Assembly: GCF_006345805.1 (NCBI RefSeq)
Contig: NC_043021.1
Span: 3,596,001-3,660,000 of the forward strand
DNA: 64,000 nt
Direction: 5' to 3'
Source: Octopus sinensis
Lineage: Eukaryota
Position numbers and translations under genes: made by a program. The notes under the pieces are model-generated. The model was given only the letters and a program-made list of their open reading frames with translations. It was not told where the DNA came from and made no database searches. Numbering within the stretch: the stretch's first letter is position 1; each line of letters starts with the position of its first letter. Below are positions 28,502 to 39,800 of the stretch, piece by piece.

Positions 28502-31500
28502 CACACACACACACATATATATATATACATACACACATATACATATATGTATATATTATACATATACACATTTATATATACATACACATATATTCACATG
28601 TGTGAATTGTAAATGAGTGTCAGCACCATGCAAGCTGTGTCCTTTGTTTCTAATCTGTAAAAACCTGTTGAGTTGGGGGCGGGAGGGGAAATATAACCTT
28701 ATTTGGAAACAGGTGAGGGTTGACAATGGGAAGGGTATCCGGCTGTAGAAAATCTGTCTCAACGAATTCCATCTGACCCATGCAAGCATGGAAAAGTAGA
28801 TGTTAAATGATGATGATAATGATGATAGAATGATGGGATGAATTAGACAAAAACAAGGCCATATAGAGCATGCAAATAATATTTACCACCTGACATTGAG
28901 ATTCGCTGAATTAATTACTGTAAAAACCCATGTAATTTGCACACCTGTGTAATTTACACAGGTGATTTTTCTGGATAAAAATTGTTATGTAAAATTTGCA
29001 CCCAAAAGTTTTCAGAATTGCCGATATGGCCAGGGGGAAAAGGTTTCCAGTTTAGTTGTATTTAGCAATAATTTCACTTACTTATGATTAGATTTTATCA
29101 AATTTTCATTTAATAAAAATAATTTCTGTTTAACAGGTATCACATTGAAAGCTATTAAATTACGAAGTGTTTTTATCGTTTATAATAAACTCTATTTTAC
29201 ATTTCTTGCCCACAAGAGATTATGTCCGATCTTTAGCATACTTCTGTATGTCTTCTCAAATTTCGTCGCCGGAACCTTTGATATGGAGTATCGAAATTTT
29301 AATCCTTTTCACACTTATAAAATGTCAAGCAAACTTTAAAATTTGTTTTTACCATTTTAGCTGGGAGACCAAACTGATAGTTTGGTAACCCGCTATAATA
29401 AACATTAAAAATCGAAAGGAGAAAATAAACAGCTTTGCAAGTTTAACTCAGTGTTTATTGAACAAGAGAGGTGCAAAATTTAAGAAGCAACTTGTTAGAA
29501 TATACACGTCTGTGAGGAGACATAAACAGTAATAGCAAAAAATCTACTATACCAAAAGAACTGGTAATACATACATTACAAGTGTTCTATGGAAAGAACA
29601 TAAGATTGCTGAATAATTCAACATGAATGTGAAATGACATTAAACATTGTATAAGGTAAATGAAGGTTTCTGTAGGAACGCTACGTCATATTCACTTAGT
29701 GAGTTTGCATGTGCAAGGATGAATTCTGATGCTGTTGTTGGCGTTAGAAGCAGTAAAATATGGCCCAGACTGTGATTATCAGCATGAATGTCAAATTTCA
29801 GAAAGTAGTTAACCATTTAAATGGTTTTAGTAAATCTATACAATAAAAGTAAGCATTATACTGTCCAGCATAAATAAGAGTCAACTTCATTATGTTTTTT
29901 CTGTAAAAAACCTATTCTGACATTAAATGAGTCAATTTCCTGTAAGAATATTTACATTCGTACGTCATTTCTCAATGAAAAAATTTCTAAAATAATTCTG
30001 GAAACGATCTACTCATGTAATTTACGCACCCAGTAAAGTTTAATTTTGTTTTTGCGAAAAAAGTGCGTAAATTACATGGGCTTTTATGGTAGTCATAATG
30101 GGAGAGATGATATAAATAAAAATAGGAAAAAAAGAGTTGTTCTTTTTAAAAATCGAAAGGTTAGGGCAGAAATGGGACTAGAAAAAAAAAACCCTCAAAA
30201 AAAGATAGAGGAGGGTGAGAAAAAATAAAATATGAAGAGGGAGAGAAGTGACAACTGCAAAGCCTTTTTCATCCCCTGATAGTTAACAGGATGATGATGA
30301 TGATATTTACTGTCTCATTTGAGAGTTCCCTTCCCAGTAATGGAAAAAAAGCAGTCTTGGCAGTGTGGTAAGAAGCTTGTTTCTCAATCATGTGGTTACA
30401 GGTTCAGACCCACTGCATAGCACCTTGGGCAATTGTTTTCTAATGTAGCCTCCGGCTGACCAAAGCCTCATGAGTTGATCTGGCAGAGACTGAAAGAAGT
30501 CTGTCATATACATATATGAGTAGAATTTAGGTTAGTTGAAATATGTGTGTCACATATCTCAACTGCTAAAGGCAAATACACTGCAGTTACAGTGGAACAA
30601 AAATTTCTCTTATGGTAAAAAGGTGTGAAAACACCCCATTTGTTCAGTGTCGCCATCTCTCAGGAATCTCTGACATCGATGTTTCAAGTTTTTTGACTCT
30701 TGTCAATGAGATGTACCTAAGAGAGGCAACTCTGAATGAACTTAATAAAGCCATAGCCTTATATATAACTCAGTCAACACATTGACTGATTTGCACTAGT
30801 AGAACTGGGTGTTTTCACACTTTTTTTTGGTTTCCATTGCATATATATTCCTCACCTGGACAGGACACCAGTCCACCACAGGGTAACTCATTTTTGCCAG
30901 CTGAGTGGACAGGAGTAAAGTGGCTCAAGAACACAGTGCATTGCCCAGCTGAGGAATTGAAACTACAATCTTACAGTCATGAATCCAACACCCTAACCAC
31001 TAAGTCACGCACCTCCACAACCAGTCTTCAGCAAAACAACAAGTGCTAACAATTTCTTTCAGTGGCACGATACCATAAAATGGTAAGGTAGGTTTATTTC
31101 ATTGATCCACATATCCCAATTAAATTTGGAGGCTAAGAGGATACAATATTAAGAACAGGAATTTGGAACAGAAAATATAAGAGGGGGGGGGGTCATTAAA
31201 ATCCAATGTTTATATTAGGTGGTAATCTTCTGTGGAAGTATGCAAGAAGAATGCTTTGTTATAGGTACTTAATATCTCAGGTATGAAAGAGAAAATTGGT
31301 GTTGGATGGATTTAAATATTGACCATGAAAGTAAATACTGGTTGTACCATGACCAGTACTAATGGATGTTATTAGAATCAGTTGTTGCAATAAAACACAT
31401 AGTACACACACACACACATTGTACACAGAGATGGAATGAATAAGACCTACGTACCACATGGCTTGTACTGAAACTGGCTTGAAGAGATAATCTGCGCCTT

Positions 31501-34500
31501 CAGAATTGACACCAAAACCTCTGAAATAAACACCAAAACCAGAATATGTGTGAATTAAAAAAAGTATTTTTGTTGGAAATCTTTATATATAAAAGAGAGG
31601 TTGTGTGTCTGTCTCCTACGATTTAGATTCCTAACTACTCCCACATTTTGCGGTGCAGTTTAACCAAAACCGGGTATCTTATAGTCGGGATTCATATCGA
31701 GCCCTTCTGGGTATTAGCGCGCGTCTACGATGAGGCTACGATTTAAAAAAAAATTTACCATAATTTTTTTCCATTTTAATGCATTTTTTCGCTATTATAT
31801 AAGGGAAGTAACTCTCTAAAAATGTCTACGATGAGTCAACGTTTAAAAATAAATTACCATCATTTTTTTTCCCATTTTTTTGTTATAACTCTCTAAAAAT
31901 GCTTATATAGTTATTTCCCTTACAAACCCGAGCAACGCCGGGCGATACTGCTAGTATAAGATATAAATCAAATGTCAAGAGGCAGAGATCAGACATATAC
32001 ATACATGTGTGTGTGTGAAATCATTTTCATTATTTTAACACACACATTTCTATGCCAGAGTAAATTGACTGAGGAAGCAATATACTGAATCATAACTCTT
32101 CTTCATTTAGAACTAAAGACACCATCTACAGACATCACCATAACAACTATACAACAAGTGTTGTCAGTTCACGTAACACCAAACCAGGCTGCAGACACAC
32201 AGACACAGCCGAGAGAAAGGGAAAGCAAAACACTTACCCATCACCATCCAGTGTAATTTTGCTGTTTGCCCATATTGGAAGGACAAGACCAATGCTAGCT
32301 TCCTTATCCTTCATGTCTATGCCCAGCATGATTGACTCTTCTGTATCAAGTTTTCCGATGCAGCACACGACGACCATGTAGCGAGATGCTAAAGGGATCT
32401 CGTAGGCACTTTCCAATTTGACAGCCTTAGGGAAAGAAAAAAGGAAGTGAAGGAAAAGAAATATAAAGGATAAAACAAGCGTGATCATTTGATTTAGAGT
32501 CGATAATGATAACAATTGGTGGCCACTTTTTGGAGAATCTTATAATAATTCTGCCTGTCATTACATTAATTAGCCTGTCAGTAATTGTTTCATGTGATTA
32601 GAGAAAAAGAGGGAGAAAGAAAAGAGGGAGAGAGAAAAGAGGGAGAAAGAAAAGAGGGAGAAAGAAAAGAGGGAGAGAGAAAAGAGGGAGAGAGAAAAGA
32701 GGGAGAGAGAAAAGAGGGAGAGAAAAGAGGGAGAGAAAAGAGGGAGAGAAAAGAGGGAGAGAAAAGAGGGAGAGAGAAAAGAGGGAGAAAGAAGCGTTCA
32801 TGATGTGAGGTAGAGGGAATGTGATTGTAATGCTGTCATGTGATTAGTTGAAGGGAAAGAGAAAAGAAAGAAAAAGGAGAGAGAAAAAGAGGATAAGGCA
32901 AAGAGTGTGGCAGAAAGAGGAAGAGAGAAGAAGAGAGCGTCCATGACATGTGGTAGGGGGAATGTAATATTTATTATGTGGTTAAAAAACGTTAGTTAGA
33001 AAGTAGTGATATAGAGAAACAGTTAGAAATATAATTTTAGCAGAGGGGTGACGTTCTGATGGTGAGGTTAAAGAGAGGCAGAGAGAGGGGGAGGTGGGAG
33101 AGAGAGAGATGATGGTGGTTGTGGGGGATATGCGTGGATAGTGAAAAGTGTTTTTTTTTTAATAGAACTAAGTTTTTTAATCACCTATCACTTAACACAT
33201 GCACATAAGTGCAATTCCATGAAATATTCATGTTTATTTACATGACAGATATATGCAATTTAGCTAAAGGTTGCATCATATTGTATGGAAAAATAAGAGT
33301 GAATATTTATTTTATGAGTGTTGTGTATTAAGTGTATAAAATTGTGTATAAAGTATATAAAGTGTATATACAAAGTGCGTTTAGTAATCATTGTATTCCA
33401 ATTTCTTTCACTTTTTAATGAATAGCAGATGAGTGACATTCTTTCTATACAGATACAAGAGAGTCTACACTTTCAGGATTTTGGGATAAAGTTTTCAGAA
33501 ATTACCCAATAGGTTTATCATTATTTCCATGAAATATTCACGGGTCCCGTTGGTAATAATAAATAGGAGCATTGAGATATATTCTAGAAATTGTGACACC
33601 TGAATACATCACAGAACACACTAATTGAAATGTAATGTTGTAAAAGTGAGACTAACAGTCTAGGAAAAACCCAAACTAATATTGCTTTAATAATAAGCTT
33701 CCTTTTGTAACAAACACGTAGACATGTGATTACAATTTACTGAGAGAGAAAGTGGGGGAGGAAGAAGAGAAGGCGTAGGAGAGAGGAGAGAAATTGATAA
33801 TTGAAATATTTATAACAATAAGTCTTGACAATGAATCGCCTCAGAGTTGTCTCCCATATTTTCAGAACAAATTACAATACATTGATTGAAACAGATAACA
33901 AGCAAAAGATAAAACTACTACTACTCTGTCTGTTGTTTGTATTGCTTCTGTGGTGCTGATACCGTGACAATACCAGAGACGTTTATATTTCAAAGGCCCA
34001 CTTATCCAAGCTATAAAATAGGTCCTCTTGCAGAAACAACACAGACCAGAGAAATTCTGTTACCCTAAATTTTTGTCTTCATCAGCTTCAGATAAGAGAG
34101 TGATGAGCTGGTGTGTACAAACTCTGTTACAGACACAGCACCAACATTCCAGATATTCATAGTCTGGAAGCTCTGGCTCTAATTTATGGGCAGACACGTC
34201 AAATTTCCATGGCTGCCAGAACAGTTCTCTGGACAGCCCTGTTTCACAATACTTTACACCATCATCATCATCATTTAACGTCCGTTTTCCATGCTAGCAT
34301 GGGTTGGACGGTTTGACTGGGGTCTGGGAAGCCAGGAAGCTGCACTAGGCTCCAGTCTGATCTGGCAGTGTTTCTACAGCTGGATGCCCTTCCTAATGCC
34401 AACCACTCAATTTAAACATTGAATAGCTATGAGAGGTCCACCAGAATAGAATAGCAATCAAAGGGGTTCATAGATACAAAAAAAAAATGGTTGAGAACCC

Positions 34501-36769
34501 CTGGAAAACATGAGTGGAATTGAATTTTGGTTTGAACATTTGTATATTGATGGCTGAAGATGAAGGTGGGTGGGTATGAAGAACTGTGGTACATACCACT
34601 TTGATAGTATCTTCTGGCCGTAAGAGATAAATCATCTGTTGAAGATGTTGTTGAATGTCCCCTGAAAAGAGAGAGAAAAATATATAAAAATAACATATAT
34701 ATATATTTCAAGGCAGTGCCACAGAATGGCCACAGAATGGCCACAGTCAAATGACCAAAACAAAGAAAAGATATATTTATATATTTACATATGTATATAA
34801 TATTCTTTAACAAGAATATCATTGAAAGGGACTTCGAAGTTTCAGCCAGTTAAGCTATCATCAGACTGCAGTCTAATGATGACTAAACTGGCCAAAAAAT
34901 TCAAAGTTACTGTCAAGTTTGTGTGTGTGTGTGTGTGTGAAAGTGGGGGTAGGGTTAGGGGTTGTTGAGCTTGTTTGCAAGGTATTGGTTTTTGTGGTTG
35001 ACCTCTCAGATGGTTTTCCTGCTGGTGCTGTTGTTATGCCTGCCATTGCCACCATTGTTGCTGTCTCTGTTGTTGTTGGTGATCTTTCTACAGCTGGTGT
35101 TGTTTTTTGTTTTCCCAGCCTTGGAGTTGGTGTCATCAGAAGTCCATGGACCCCTGTACCTTTTTGCTGAGGTACAGCATACTTGTAGGTGCGTTGCTTC
35201 CCCACAAGTGAAGGAATGAGGCCTTCTGCCCTTGGCGATCAAAAATAATTTCTTCCCGTCCTTGAGGCAGACATAGTCTGGAATTTTCACCAAGTCTTGT
35301 GGTTTTATTTGGATTAAAATTTCCAAATCTATCTCAATCCAGTATTCTCTTTGTGTCCGTTGGAATTTTAGGAGGAGGGTGTCCCTGCCCTCCATGATCA
35401 TGCATTCCATGAGCCACCCTATGTCAATACCTGGAGTTATTCTGGGGACTCAAACTTTTATTGTTCTTCTGCCCATGTGGAACTTGTACACTATAAGCTG
35501 GTCAGTTTTACGAAGTCCCACTGAATGCTTCATGGCCAGCTCTTCTGTTTTAAAAATGACCGAGACGGAACCAATATTTCAGGCTCTTTGAACGAATTCA
35601 ACATCCTCTTTGGTTGATCTCAGTGCCATCTCCACCTAAAGGTGGGAGGGTTGTTCTGCTTTCCGAAACTGCACCGAGATGCACTTATACTTTACTGTCC
35701 TCTTCTCAGTTTCTACTTCCACTTAGATTGGGATTGCAAGGTTTGCCCAGGTTTTTTCTCTTTCTGTGGGCCACGGCTAACAACTTTTTTTTTTTGGAGA
35801 TGTCTATCTCATGGTACTTTTGTTGGCATTTCGCAGCAGCAGCTGCGAAAGTACTTGTTCCGCTCTCACTGTTGATGGTGGTGGTCATGGAATCGTTCCC
35901 GTTGTTACTGCTATTGTTACTTCCAAATACGCCCACCTCTCTGCTGCTGGTGTTGACGTTGCTATTGGTTGTTCTCATTGATGTTTTTGTTACCATTTTC
36001 CATTCTGTTACCGTTTTCTGTTAGGCTTCTCTGCTCCGTATTGTCGGAGTTGTGTGTTTATCAGTTACCATGGTATTCTCCACATTATTTCTGTTTGAGG
36101 AGTTGAGAGTTACATTTTTGTTGCTTTTCTCCGTCGTAATACTTCTTTGTTCTTTGCGGTTAATTTTATTGCTGTCCATAGAGTCTGTGGTGTTTTTGGA
36201 TTTGTTATCAATTTTGTCCTCAAAATTGTCACTTGCATCTGCAAAAAATTACATTTCTGTGACTTTTCCTGCTGTCATAAACTGGTTTGTTTTGCGTTAG
36301 ACAGTTACGCCATCCATGCCATTTTTTGCTTGCAAACATGTAAACATTTTGCAAATACTTATATTTAGGCACAAGGTCCGAATATATATATTTTTTTTTT
36401 ACTACCCACAAGGGGCTAAACACAGAGAGGACAAACAAGCACAGACAAACGGATTAAGTTGATTAGATCGACCCCAGTGCATAACTGGTACTTAATTTAT
36501 CGACCCCGAAAGGATGAAAGGCAAAGTCAACCTCGGCGGAATTTGAACTCAGAACGTAATGGCAGACGAAATACGGCTACGCATTTCATCCGGCGTGCTA
36601 ACGTTTCTGCCAGCTCGCCGCCACAAGGTCCGAATATTATTTAGTTCTTTTTTCTGGGGACAACAACTATTGTCTTATGTCCCCTTTTGAATAATAATAT
36701 TAACAAAGACAGTAGTTTTGATAAGAAAATTTCAAGCTTCCACCGATGTTCTAGTCTTCCAGTCGGAAG

Positions 36770-36815
<46 letters not shown>

Positions 36816-39800
36816 TAATAATAATCCTTCCTACTAAAAGCACAAGGCCTGATATTTGGTGGGGAAGGGACTAGCCAATTACATCAACCCCAGTGTTTTA
36901 CTGGTACTTAATTTATCAACCCTAAAAGGATGAAGGACAAAGTTAATCTCAGCAGAATTTGAACTGGTACTCTTTTTATCGACCACGAAAGGTATGAAAA
37001 GCAAAGTCAACCTTGGTGGAATTTGAACTCACAATGTGATGGACGAAAGGCTAGTAAGCATTGTGTCTGGCTTGCTAACGATTCTGCCAGCTTGCCGCCT
37101 TAATAATAATAATAATAATAATGATAATAATAACACTAATAATAAATATTGTGACATTAATGCTTTTCAACAAGAAACTGAAAATGGATCAGAGATTAGA
37201 GTCAGCTTTAAATTGCTCGTTACCAATCCCACAGGTGAACAGAAATGAGCTTCATTCGAGTGAGCAAAACAAAATGTTGCAGATCTTTCCTATAAAGATC
37301 AACATTTATAAATTCATAAATTATAAATTTGAACCCTAGGTTAAACATGATTAGAATAAAATTCAACATTTCATGAATTTTGAATTAAAACATTTAAAAG
37401 AAAAATTAAAAAAAGGAAAAAGAAAAACGTAGGTGCTTTCTCTCTCTCTCTCTGGATGATCAAACTAAAAAAAATTTACAAAATTAGTGGAAAGGAAGGT
37501 AACATTATCAGCCTGAAAGCTGTTTCATGCCAAGAATTCCAGACTATGAAGAACCGTGAAAGAAAAAAACAGAAAATGATTACCTCAATTGGATAGCAAC
37601 CAATGTAAATAATTTATAGTAAAAAAAATTAATAATAATAATAATAATAATAATATAATAATAATAATGATGATAATGATGAAGATGATGATGATGATGA
37701 TGGTGATATTGATGGACTAAATTTTCAGTTTCTCCCTTGATATTCTGGCAGCTGAAATTATAGGCAACATTTTACAGAAAAGAGGGGTGGAGGAGGCGAG
37801 GTGAGGAGTGAAAGAAAGAAAGAAAGAGGGAGGAAGGAAAGAAGAAACAAGGAAACAGAAAATCAAGGTGGAAATGAAACTGAAATAGATTTTATAAAAA
37901 AAGGGAAACTTCATCTCTAACCAAGTAGTATAAGATGGCCACAAGATGGGATTCACAGCTTTTCTAAATAATAATAATAATAATAATAATCTTTTCTATT
38001 ACAGACACAAGGCCTGAAATTTTGGAGGAGAGGAGTAGTTGATTACATTGACCCCTAGTGTTTCACTGGTACTTAATTTATCGACCCTGAAAGGATGAAA
38101 GGCAAAGTCAATCTCGGCAGAATTTGAACTCAGAACATAGCGACTGGCAAAATACCACTAAGCATTTTGACCAGCATCCTAACAATTCTGCCATCTTGCC
38201 ACCTTAATAATAATAACAATAACAACAGCAGAACATTCTGATTTAAGTTTACACTAAATTTAGAGCATGTTTTCAGACAATGTAAGAACATTCCATCACT
38301 GTCCAAGTAACCACCATACATGTGTGTATGTAATCAATTAGTTTTTACATCAGCATTTTCTATGCCTGCATGGGTTGGATGAGACTTGTTGAGGCAGTGT
38401 TCTACGGCCAAATTTCCTTCCCTGCCAAGCTGTGGTTAAGAAGTTTGCCTCCTAGCCGCATCATCGTTTAACGTCCGCTTTCCATGCTAGCATCGGTTGG
38501 ACCATGGTTTCAAATTCAGTCCCATTGTGCATCACCTGGGGCAAGTGTCTTCAACTTAAGCTTCAGACTGGCCAACATGAATGGATTTGGTAGATGGAAA
38601 CTGAAAGAAGCCCATTGTGCCTGTGTGTCTCCCACCTCGACTTGACATCATGTGATAGTGGTAAACGCATATCACTGTCATATTACTGTAGAAACCAAGT
38701 CAAAACAGACTATGGGACTGGGTGCAGCCCCAGCCTGGCCAGTTCCTGTCAAGCTGTCCAACCCATGCCAGCATGGAAAACGGATGTTAAATGTTGATAA
38801 TGATGATGATATTCTAGTTGAACTTTCATTAGGAAGATGGCCATCACCCTATATCTGAGTGTTACCTTATACTGTGGTTTCAATAGTTTCATATCAGATC
38901 TGATAGCAATTACTAATCAGATTATGGAGGATATTATAATTGAACGATGAACCTATTATCTCGAAAGTTTTTAATTGGAAGTGGGGTGGGTGGGAGGGGA
39001 GTTTTTAACCTGACTGCACTATCAGTTGAAGAACTTGAGAAAAAAAGAATTTGTATCAGGAGATGAAATAATACAGGCTAATAATATAGATGTGGCTGTG
39101 CAGCCCAGAAGTTTGCTTCTCAACCACTTAGGGTTCCGTCCTACTACATGTCACCTTGGGCAAATGTCTTCAGCTGTAGCTTTGGGTTGACAAAAGCCCT
39201 GAATGGATTTGCTAGACTGAAAGTGTGTCCCCATGCCCTGACATTGCATGATTGTTGTAAATGCATGTCAATCATTTCCAATACTCAGCAAAAATATGTT
39301 TGGTAATGGGGAAATATTACCCTTCTTGGAAACAAGGGTTTGCAGCAGGAGGGATGTCTGGCCATAGACTCATAAAAGCATGGAAGAATGGACATTAAAA
39401 CAATGATGATGACGATGCTGCTGCTGATGATGATAACATATTGCAGGCCATGCCCTACATGTTAGTTTCTACTTCATCAGGCAGCATGATGACAATATAT
39501 CTCTCTTTTGCCTGCCAATTCTGGTGACAATTCTGAAAGACCTTTGAAGCTGAGCATAATCACACAAAATTGGCTAAGACTGATACCCTCACCCACATTG
39601 GCAGAGAGAGCCTTGTCTTTTAACAAAAACGGTCATTGTGGTCAAACTTACAATGTCCTGAAAGGACAGACTTCACATTTCTTGCCAACTGGAAAGGACA
39701 AAAAAAAAAAAACCCCAAAAAATGACAAATACAAAGACTTGGTTGATGAGGCTCTTGTTAAAAGATGGTATGCAGCCTCATTCCTCACTGAAATCAGCTG

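Noticed and set aside
32585-32803. ERKEG-repeat ORF
   Set aside because: Translation of the 15-bp purine repeat; no splice or start context
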